A stretch of 64,000 nt of DNA, from contig JAFWRO010000007.1 in assembly GCA_017519885.1 (NCBI GenBank), forward strand, positions 39,815 through 103,814, read 5' to 3'. Below are positions 56,745-64,000 of the stretch, in pieces (position 1 is the first letter of the stretch; every line of letters starts with the position of its first letter). Under the pieces are notes generated by a model. It was not told the origin of the DNA and made no database searches. It was given only the letters and a program-made list of their open reading frames with translations. The position numbers and the translations under genes are program-made. Source of the DNA: Bacteroidales bacterium (GTDB taxonomy: Bacteria; Bacteroidota; Bacteroidia; Bacteroidales; UBA3663).

Positions 56745-56930
56745 CGTGCAATCGGTTGAATTATGAAAATAGACTCAAATTACACATTTTTTCTAATTGT
56801 TTGCGCATTATGTCAAGAAAAATGCGTATCTTGCAGCCCGAAATATGAAGTTTCTTCATCTTTCATCCTTCTACCCCACTTGTATTAGGCCAGTTCTGTG
56901 ACTGGCCATAACGAAGTTGTGGATACAAAT
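56745..56930 (+). repeat. Conserved ~190-bp module, copy B
   Basis: Homologous to 54213-54400. The -7-like box is TATCTTGC. The micro-ORF 56845..56901 encodes MKFLHLSSFYPTCIRPVL, with the same length and the same TGTGA stop context as copy A. A GGCCAG-ttctgtga-CTGGCC hairpin spans the stop. Confidence 0.75.
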
Positions 56931-56964
56931 AGCAATTGAGGATTAATTTGTAGCGTTAATCATT

Positions 56965-57609
56965 ATGAATGAAATATCATCAAAACCCATACAACATTTC
57001 AGGAAAGGCGACGCCTTTGTAGAAATGGCACCACGCCCTCTCGTTTTCATGGAGATAAACGAGGTGGACAAGAGTACCGAGAATATGGATTTCTGTATTG
57101 TCACATGGTATATGCTTGACGAAAAGGGACTCAACGCTCAGCGACGATTCCCTATGGCTGCTCGTGATGGTAAGTTCAGCGACTTTGAACCGATTTCCCG
57201 CCGCCTTCTCAAAGAAGCTAAAAGCTTGATGCGCCAATATGATGCGGATGTAAAACTGTTGACAGAAAAGAAAGAGGTAAAGTCGCTGTACCAAGAATAT
57301 AATCGTAAGTTGATAGAGTTGCTTCCCGATGCCGAAGACAGACTAGAACTTGCAAAGCAAGAAGAAAAGAAGATTATCACAAACAAATGGCTCGACTGTG
57401 AAGATGATAACTACTGGGTGGAAGAAAACTCAGAACTAAGTGACAAGTATGCCACACTTGTATGTGTAAGAATCGATTCTTACGATGACAAGAATGATAA
57501 AACCATTACTAAGCAATCCATCTACCTGCGTAACAACTGCCCGTATGGTTGGAGCACACTCGTAAAAAGTGGTGCCAAGTATATGGTGATTGAGAAGCCA
57601 AAGAGGTAA
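56965..57609 (+). CDS. Hypothetical protein (214 aa) between the two defence-type modules
   Basis: Uninterrupted ORF with no recognisable motifs, a charged central helical segment and no signal peptide. Confidence 0.6.
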   Translation: MNEISSKPIQHFRKGDAFVEMAPRPLVFMEINEVDKSTENMDFCIVTWYMLDEKGLNAQRRFPMAARDGKFSDFEPISRRLLKEAKSLMRQYDADVKLLTEKKEVKSLYQEYNRKLIELLPDAEDRLELAKQEEKKIITNKWLDCEDDNYWVEENSELSDKYATLVCVRIDSYDDKNDKTITKQSIYLRNNCPYGWSTLVKSGAKYMVIEKPKR

Positions 57610-57715
57610 AACATTATTAATACTCGCAATTATTTTGCAGTCGTCCTAATAATGGGTAGTACTATACTTCCTTCGGTATTTCGGGCAGCAATAATAATTT
57701 TTTAGGATTACCGAT

Positions 57716-58936
57716 ATGGACAACCTATCACATTTCCACTCGTTAGAAGAACTGATACGTGCGCTGGACAGGGAGCGCCGACTGCTTCAAGCCCTGTTTC
57801 AGGACAGGAAGAAGCTGTCGTTCCGCTATGACCTGGCACGCGAATTGGCGAGCAAGCGTGATGAAAGCCTTGAGTTTCTGCGACGACACGGCATCATTCG
57901 TGAGAATATCGACTTTGTAGAACTGGAGGACGTATATCTGAAGTTCTTCGAGGATGTGCTGGAGGTGAACGAGGAGATCAGTGTGGCTAGCGTCAAGGAG
58001 AGCATCGACAGCTTGAACAATGCCATAGACTACTATCTCAGCGAGAACAATCCCGGCAGGAAGTACGGCTATCTGCGCGATGTTAAGCGGATACTGCGTA
58101 GCATTGCGCTCACGACCCTGAGGAACGTCATCGACCTGAAACGTAATATAGACAACACCTACAAGAACGAGCCGACCTTTGCCATCAAGAAAAAGAAACT
58201 GGTGCATCTCGATGAAAAGCGTCAGGACATTGCGGCCCTGATCAACGAATGCGAGAGGGTGATTGACGAGAAACAGACCACGTTCTTTATGGTGGCGATG
58301 GACGTACAGTTGAAAGACATCGTGACGGACGTGAAACTGCAACTGCGCGAGGTATATCACAACCTATTGGAGCTCGACCGACAAATCATCAACTACCTGA
58401 ACCTCATAGAGTACCAAAGCCGTCTGTTTCAGAAGGTGCAGAAGCTGAAATACCTGCGCGACCAGATGCTGCTCGACACGAATACCGACATACGGGCAAA
58501 GCTGCAGACGAGGAATCCCGTATGGATGGAACCACGGCCGAGATATGCGCTGAAGGTATCGCTCTCCATGCTCCGAAATTCGGAAGAAGGCCTCAGGGTG
58601 CTGCAGGATGTAGCCAAAGGAAAGGGCAATAGCCGTCTGAGGAAAGGGAATCTGGCCGAACCGCTGACGAAGAGCGAGCTGACAGAACAGCAGGAGGTGC
58701 TGCAGATGGTTGACGTAAGCGAGGTGAAGAATGCGTTCATGGCTTCGAGCGACCACCTGTTTCACTTCGTGATGAACTATTCCGGCTACAGAATCAAGAT
58801 GGACGATGAGGCGAAGCTGGTGCTCTTCTGTCAGATTGCCACACAGTATCTTGACGAACTGCATATCGATGACGAATTCCGTCAATATGGAGCCATCGAG
58901 TATCCCGTTATCTATCCACACTCAAAGATGATGTAA
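57716..58936 (+). CDS. jetA: JetA-like (kleisin/MksF-like) subunit of a Wadjet-like system
   Basis: 406 aa, helical and charged, first gene of a tightly packed 4-gene operon. The assignment rests on position and size only; no motif could be verified by eye. Confidence 0.5.
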   Translation: MDNLSHFHSLEELIRALDRERRLLQALFQDRKKLSFRYDLARELASKRDESLEFLRRHGIIRENIDFVELEDVYLKFFEDVLEVNEEISVASVKESIDSLNNAIDYYLSENNPGRKYGYLRDVKRILRSIALTTLRNVIDLKRNIDNTYKNEPTFAIKKKKLVHLDEKRQDIAALINECERVIDEKQTTFFMVAMDVQLKDIVTDVKLQLREVYHNLLELDRQIINYLNLIEYQSRLFQKVQKLKYLRDQMLLDTNTDIRAKLQTRNPVWMEPRPRYALKVSLSMLRNSEEGLRVLQDVAKGKGNSRLRKGNLAEPLTKSELTEQQEVLQMVDVSEVKNAFMASSDHLFHFVMNYSGYRIKMDDEAKLVLFCQIATQYLDELHIDDEFRQYGAIEYPVIYPHSKMM

Positions 58937-58941
58937 ACAAT

Positions 58942-59481
58942 ATGCGCTATACGAAAGAAATATTCGACATACTGAGCAAGGGTGGTTTCATCGCCCAGAA
59001 CTCCATCTCGCAGCAGCGTTCACACCTGTACGATGCCATAGAGGATGACTTCAACGACTATCAGGAGTACTTCAGCGGCATAGGGTTCCAGTTGGAGGGT
59101 GGCAATGGCTACTACTATTTCTCAAGGGCAGAGAACAGGGTGGATCTGACTGACAAAGTGCAACGCCTGGCACAGTGGATTGACCGTGTGGATTTCCTCA
59201 AGACGTTCAACAACACCTTTGCATCGGGCTTTACGTTCCGCAAGTCGAACATCCTCGAACAGTTCTCAAGCGACATCGAGTTGAAGGAAAAGGCACGCAA
59301 CCTATATACGGATGTGAAGACCAACGAAGAGAAGATCGACAAACTGGTAGGCGACCTGGAGCGAATGGGGTTCGTGGAGCTGGAGAACGAGCTGGACGGC
59401 ACCTACAAGGTGACTGCCGCCTTCCACTATATCGAGGAACTGATAGATTGTCTCACCATCATCGAAACGGAAAAGTCATGA
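58942..59481 (+). CDS. jetB: JetB-like (DUF4194/MksE-like) subunit
   Basis: 179 aa. The block YQEYFSGIGFQLEGGNGYYYFSR resembles the DUF4194 pattern (yf..iGl.L..de.eGyayL). It starts 5 nt after jetA-like, and its stop overlaps the next ATG. Confidence 0.6.
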   Translation: MRYTKEIFDILSKGGFIAQNSISQQRSHLYDAIEDDFNDYQEYFSGIGFQLEGGNGYYYFSRAENRVDLTDKVQRLAQWIDRVDFLKTFNNTFASGFTFRKSNILEQFSSDIELKEKARNLYTDVKTNEEKIDKLVGDLERMGFVELENELDGTYKVTAAFHYIEELIDCLTIIETEKS

Positions 59482-62400
59482 GAGCACTACGCAAGATCGC
59501 CTTTATCAACAGTGCCAATATACGTTATGCAGAAGTGAAGCTGGACGGCAACGTTCACTTTATCGGCACGCAGGGTGTGGGCAAGAGCACTTTGCTCAGG
59601 GCCGTCCTGTTTTTCTACAATGCCGACAAGCTGCATCTGGGCATACCCAAGGAGATGAAGTCGTTCGACGAATTCTATCTGCCCCATGCCAATTCGTACG
59701 TGGTCTATGAAGTGGAGCATGAGCACGGACCTTTCAGCATCCTTGTGTTCCGCTCGTCGGGCAGAGCATGTTATCGGTTTGTAGATGCCGCCTACCGAAA
59801 AGAATGGCTGGTGGACGAACGCGGCGAAGTGACGGCAGAATGGAAGGTGATACGCGACAGGCTCGGCAGTGCCTACATGAGCAAGATCATCGACCGCTAT
59901 GAGCAGTATCGCGATATCCTCTATGGCAACAAGCAGACTGTAGGGAAAGAGTTTGCGCGCTTCCAGCTGCTGGAGACCAACAGTTACCAGAATATCCCCC
60001 GAAGCATACAGAACGTGTTTCTCAACTCACGCCTGGATGCCAATTTCATCAAGGACATCATCATCCGTTCGATGAGCGATGAAGAGGCGAATATCGACCT
60101 GGGGTATTTCCGCAGGCAGGTGGCAGACTTTGAGCAGGAGTACAAAGACATCTCCTGCTGGTACAAGCTGAACCAGAAGGGAGAGTCGATGGTCAGGAAA
60201 CAGGCGGATGCTGTAGTGAAAGCCTACCACGAACTGCTGTACATGAGGCAGCAAATAGAAGAATTGTGCGGTGAGCTGAAATATGCCGAACGGGTGTCGC
60301 GAGAGAAACTCCCGCTGATCGAAGCTAGGATTGCAGAACTGACCCAGGAGCAAGACCGGCAAAAGCGCCTCGTGTCGGAGATCCAGCAAAAGCATGATGC
60401 TGAGAAAACGAAGCTGAACCAGGACCAGGGTGTTGTGAACGACAAACTGAAACGTCTGAAGGAGCGGAAAGAATACTATTCTGCTCAGCAGATAGAAAGC
60501 GTGCTGAGCCGCTGTGAAAGAGAGCAGGGTCTGAAGGCCGAACTTGAAAGTCTCAAGGACAAGCTGGCAGACCTGACAGCACGGTTCAACGATGTCACCA
60601 CGAAATACAAGGCCTTGCGCCAGAATATCACCCATCAGCTTGAATCGTTCCGACAAGCGCAGCAGCAACGCATCCTCTCGGAAGAGGAAGAAAAGCAAAA
60701 GACTGACGAACGTTTGCTGAAAGCCTTCACGGTTGCGAGGACAGAGATCGAGCAGTCTTTTACAGAGAAGATGACAGAAGCTTCGAATGTAATCGATTCC
60801 GTGAAGGCGGAGATGAATGATTGCGAAAAAGAACTTCTAAAATTAAAGTATCTCGTACCGTTCAAAGAAGAAAAGGAGTCGCTGAATCAGCAACTGTATG
60901 AGCTGCAACTCAGCGAGAAAGAGCTGACGGGCAAGATAGGCTCATTGGCTTCTGACATCAACCGCATTCAGGCAGAATATGACAAGAAAGAGGCTGAAAC
61001 GACTGCTGACTACCAACGAAAGCTGGAAGAAAAACAAGCGGAGATTGAGAAATATTCAGCACAGATTACCGCTATTGACAGGTTGCTTGAACGCACAAAG
61101 GGATCACTCTACGAATGGCTTGAAGAGAACAAGATCGACTGGGAACAGAACATCGGCAAGATCATCAACGAGGAGAAGGTGCTTTATCAGACAGGTCTGC
61201 ATCCGCAGATGGCCGAAGGTGCTTCGCTGTATGGCGTGAAGCTTGCCTTGACCGACCTGCCGCTTAATGTCAGAAAACCAAAGCAGCTTCAGGAAGAGAA
61301 GTCGAACCTGGAGAAGGAACTGAAGCGAAGAAAAGAGGAATGTCAGCAGATTCAGCAACAGCAGGAAAAGGCCATCGAAGCGTTGAAACACCAGTTCGCA
61401 CCCCAGATAAAGGAACTTCGCCAGCAGAAGTCGCTTGCTGAAACGGAGCTTCGAGTGATACCTCAACGACGAAAGTCTATCGCTGTCAGAATCGAAGACT
61501 ATGAGGCGAGAGCCAAGCAAATCATCGAGGAAAGACAGCATGCACTCAATACGCGTCAGCAGGAGTTGGCCCACAAATTATCATTGGCACTAAGCACTCT
61601 TGAGAAGCTAAATGCCGACAAGCAGAAGCAGTTGAATGGTGCAGAGAAGAAGTATCGTGAAGCCGAGGACGAAAATGTCAAAGTGCATGCCGAGCGTGTA
61701 GCTACTATCAATGCCGAGACCAAGGTTAGCGAGAAGAACGCCGATACTGAACTGATGAGGCTGAAGCAACAAGAGATAGACGAGCTGAAAGGCCGTGGTG
61801 CAGATACAACGCTTGTGGAGGACTGCAAGGCGAAGATAACGTTGGCCGAAGATGAACTTCGCTTTATTGACGCGCATCGCAAACTGGTGTATGACTATCA
61901 GCGAGACAAGGAAGAGCTCTTTGACCAGGAGGACAACTTGAAGAATCAGAAGAAAACGCTTTCAGAAAAGCTGTTGCAACTGAATGAGAAGTATCAGCAA
62001 CGCAAACTCAAGTACGACCAGCAGCTGGCTGCCTTAGGCAGGGAACTGGCAGAACGCAGAGATGAACAGAAACATCTGGATGAAGAATTGCAGAAAGCTG
62101 ACCGTTTTGCTCATGACGAGAACCTGTGCCCACCGATGTATGCCGATGCGAAGGAGAAACAGACGTTGCGCACACCCGGACAGGCCGTTGACGAGCTGAC
62201 GGGCATCATAGTTCAACGTCAGTCGCGCCATAACCAGTTCAAGCAGAGCGTCAATGTGTTCAAGAGCAATTTCTCGGCGAAGAACACTTTCAACTTCAGA
62301 ACAGAGCTGACGATAGACGATGACTACCTTGATTTCGCCAGCAATCTCGACGACTTCCTCATCAATAACAAACTGGAAGAGTATCGGCGCAGGACCAGTG

Positions 62401-63125
62401 TACGGTATGTGGATATCCTGGCGCGAGTGTCGAAGGAGATGGGCGAGCTGACGCGCCATGAGTCGGACGTTGACAAAATTATTCACGAGATCAACAGAGA
62501 TTTCAAGGAACGCAACTTTGTCGGAGTCATCAAGCTCATTGCCTTGCAGTCGATCCCCTCAACCGACAAAATGGTACAGTTGATGAAGCGCATCAAGGAA
62601 TTCAATGATGAGAACCAGTTTGCCATGGGTGAGCTGAACCTGTTCTCAACCGTCAACAGGGACGAGGTAAACCAGAAGGCAGTCAGTCATTTGCTCGACT
62701 TCATGAAGTCGCTAACGGATAATCCTTCGCGTCATTATCTGACGCTCTCCGACTTGTTCCAACTGCAGTTCCGCATCATCGAAAACGACAACGATACAGG
62801 ATGGGCAGACAAACTGTCGCATGTGGGCAGTGAGGGTACCGATACGCTGGTCAAGGCGATGATCAACATCATGCTCATTAATGTGTTCAAGGAGAAGGTA
62901 AGCAGAAAATTCGGCGACTTCTTCATCCATTGCATGATGGACGAGATAGGCAAGCTGCATCCCCAGAATGTCAAGGGAATACTCGACTTTGCCAACGCTC
63001 GCAACATCCTGCTCATCAATTCATCACCTACAACCTATAACGTCTCTGACTATCGCTACACCTATCTCTTACAAAAGGACGGAAAGTCGAAGACCATCGT
63101 TCATCCATTGATTTCGCAGAAATGA
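59478..63125 (+). CDS. jetC: JetC-like SMC/Rad50-family ATPase
   Basis: ORF 59448..63125, trimmed to MRALRKIAFINS (ATGA overlap with the jetB-like stop). Walker A is GTQGVGKST. A K/E/Q-rich coiled coil of roughly 700 aa follows. The C-terminal head has GSEGT, and Walker B is FFIHCMMDEIGKL. Confidence 0.8.
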   Translation: MRALRKIAFINSANIRYAEVKLDGNVHFIGTQGVGKSTLLRAVLFFYNADKLHLGIPKEMKSFDEFYLPHANSYVVYEVEHEHGPFSILVFRSSGRACYRFVDAAYRKEWLVDERGEVTAEWKVIRDRLGSAYMSKIIDRYEQYRDILYGNKQTVGKEFARFQLLETNSYQNIPRSIQNVFLNSRLDANFIKDIIIRSMSDEEANIDLGYFRRQVADFEQEYKDISCWYKLNQKGESMVRKQADAVVKAYHELLYMRQQIEELCGELKYAERVSREKLPLIEARIAELTQEQDRQKRLVSEIQQKHDAEKTKLNQDQGVVNDKLKRLKERKEYYSAQQIESVLSRCEREQGLKAELESLKDKLADLTARFNDVTTKYKALRQNITHQLESFRQAQQQRILSEEEEKQKTDERLLKAFTVARTEIEQSFTEKMTEASNVIDSVKAEMNDCEKELLKLKYLVPFKEEKESLNQQLYELQLSEKELTGKIGSLASDINRIQAEYDKKEAETTADYQRKLEEKQAEIEKYSAQITAIDRLLERTKGSLYEWLEENKIDWEQNIGKIINEEKVLYQTGLHPQMAEGASLYGVKLALTDLPLNVRKPKQLQEEKSNLEKELKRRKEECQQIQQQQEKAIEALKHQFAPQIKELRQQKSLAETELRVIPQRRKSIAVRIEDYEARAKQIIEERQHALNTRQQELAHKLSLALSTLEKLNADKQKQLNGAEKKYREAEDENVKVHAERVATINAETKVSEKNADTELMRLKQQEIDELKGRGADTTLVEDCKAKITLAEDELRFIDAHRKLVYDYQRDKEELFDQEDNLKNQKKTLSEKLLQLNEKYQQRKLKYDQQLAALGRELAERRDEQKHLDEELQKADRFAHDENLCPPMYADAKEKQTLRTPGQAVDELTGIIVQRQSRHNQFKQSVNVFKSNFSAKNTFNFRTELTIDDDYLDFASNLDDFLINNKLEEYRRRTSVRYVDILARVSKEMGELTRHESDVDKIIHEINRDFKERNFVGVIKLIALQSIPSTDKMVQLMKRIKEFNDENQFAMGELNLFSTVNRDEVNQKAVSHLLDFMKSLTDNPSRHYLTLSDLFQLQFRIIENDNDTGWADKLSHVGSEGTDTLVKAMINIMLINVFKEKVSRKFGDFFIHCMMDEIGKLHPQNVKGILDFANARNILLINSSPTTYNVSDYRYTYLLQKDGKSKTIVHPLISQK

Positions 63126-63982
63126 AGATTACGGCATCACTCATCAACAGGCTTATCCGTCTTCGCAACGGTGAGAGACTGCCCGCCAGCCAGCTTCGTA
63201 CCGAGTGGATTGATGAACTAGTGCGCGAAGGGGTGATTGTAAACACCTCTCATGGCAGCCAGCGTACCATCTTTGTGTCTCAGCCAGACGCATTCCAACA
63301 AGCTCTATCCGCCATCGACGAAAGACTATCCGATCTGGATTTGCTTCAAGACACACTGCAGACTGACGAGACATCTCGTTCTGTTCAAGCTTCTGTTACT
63401 GGCAATTCAAAACTCATAGCCATACGTTCATGTCCTGGTTTCCCTGTCAACTCATACGAACCAATACCTTGTATGCTGAATGGAAGCGAAATAACGGTAA
63501 ACCCTGCCGAAGGCAGTTTTGTGTTTATAGCCGATTGGCAGTCGTTTGCCATTCCCTGTGACGTCATTGTTGTAGGCATTGAGAATATGGAGAATTTTCG
63601 TATGATTCGCCAGCAGCGAGCATTGTTTGAGCAGACGATTGGCTCCCACCGTTTGCTGTTTGTCTCCCGTTATCCACAATCCACTGACCTTCGTTCCTGG
63701 CTGCAGTCCATCCCCAATCGCTATGTCCATTTCGGGGATTTCGATTTGGCTGGAATACACATTTTCCTCACCGAATTTCAAACCTTTTTAGGAGAGCGCA
63801 GTTCGCTCTTTATACCTGAAGATATAGACCAAAAGTTGGCTAATGGTTCCCTGGAAAGGTATAACGCGCAATACCCCAAATTCAATTACCTAACAACAGA
63901 AATTCCTGTTCTTCAGCATCTTATTGATACAATAAACATGTATCATAGGTGTTATGATCAAGAAGGATACATAAATGCTTAA
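63122..63982 (+). CDS. jetD: JetD-like Toprim (DUF2220-type) nuclease subunit, short form
   Basis: 286 aa with an ATGA overlap with the jetC-like stop. It has VIVVGIENMENFRMI and YVHFGDFDLAGIHIF, which fit the ENxxxF and GDxDxxG Toprim signature of JetD/Topo VI-A-like proteins. Confidence 0.7.
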   Translation: MKITASLINRLIRLRNGERLPASQLRTEWIDELVREGVIVNTSHGSQRTIFVSQPDAFQQALSAIDERLSDLDLLQDTLQTDETSRSVQASVTGNSKLIAIRSCPGFPVNSYEPIPCMLNGSEITVNPAEGSFVFIADWQSFAIPCDVIVVGIENMENFRMIRQQRALFEQTIGSHRLLFVSRYPQSTDLRSWLQSIPNRYVHFGDFDLAGIHIFLTEFQTFLGERSSLFIPEDIDQKLANGSLERYNAQYPKFNYLTTEIPVLQHLIDTINMYHRCYDQEGYINA

Positions 63983-64000
63983 TCTTGTAATAATATGTCA

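Overview
This is a Bacteroidota-type chromosomal segment, Prevotella/Bacteroides-like. The assignment rests on SusC/SusD genes, T9SS C-terminal sorting tails and TAnnTTTGCA -7 promoter boxes. All calls come from reading the sequence and the ORF track. No searches were run, and hand-located motif coordinates may be off by 1-3 nt.

Layout:
- 1-13.6 kb, minus strand: the conserved str/S10/spc ribosomal cluster, from rpsL-rpsG-fusA-rpsJ through rplO to the start of secY. Several intergenic spacers are unusually long and carry hairpins.
- 14-15.4 kb: two small secreted proteins.
- 15.8-34 kb, minus strand: a pectin/rhamnogalacturonan-type polysaccharide utilisation locus. It has a GH115-like enzyme, two GH28, a SASA esterase, a GH106-like enzyme, GH2 and a SusD/SusC pair, under an ECF sigma/FecR anti-sigma pair.
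- 34.1-40.2 kb: a T9SS-secreted PL1 pectate lyase, flanked by a decayed partial copy and an intact copy of the AmmeMemoRadiSam radical SAM gene, then a fused Memo-AMMECR1 gene.
- 40.9-47.7 kb: an operon for a 1703-aa GLUG/Big_2/cohesin/dockerin/T9SS surface protein, a 504-aa cohesin-like paralogue and a coupled 54-codon ORF.
- 47.8-51.3 kb: an AT-rich orphan gene with a PD-(D/E)xK-like motif, a possible structured RNA, and a second GH106-like gene.
- 51.4-64 kb: an accessory, defence-island-like region. It contains a five-unit tandem array of 10-bp GACA iterons plus promoter-like cores, an HTH protein, an AraC-family HTH protein and a 42-bp palindromic tandem array. An AAA15 ATPase + RloB pair follows, bracketed by a duplicated ~190-bp module with an 18-codon ORF. 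The region ends with an orphan gene and a compact Wadjet-like jetABCD operon.

No rRNA, tRNA, CRISPR array, transposase or integrase was recognised in this window.
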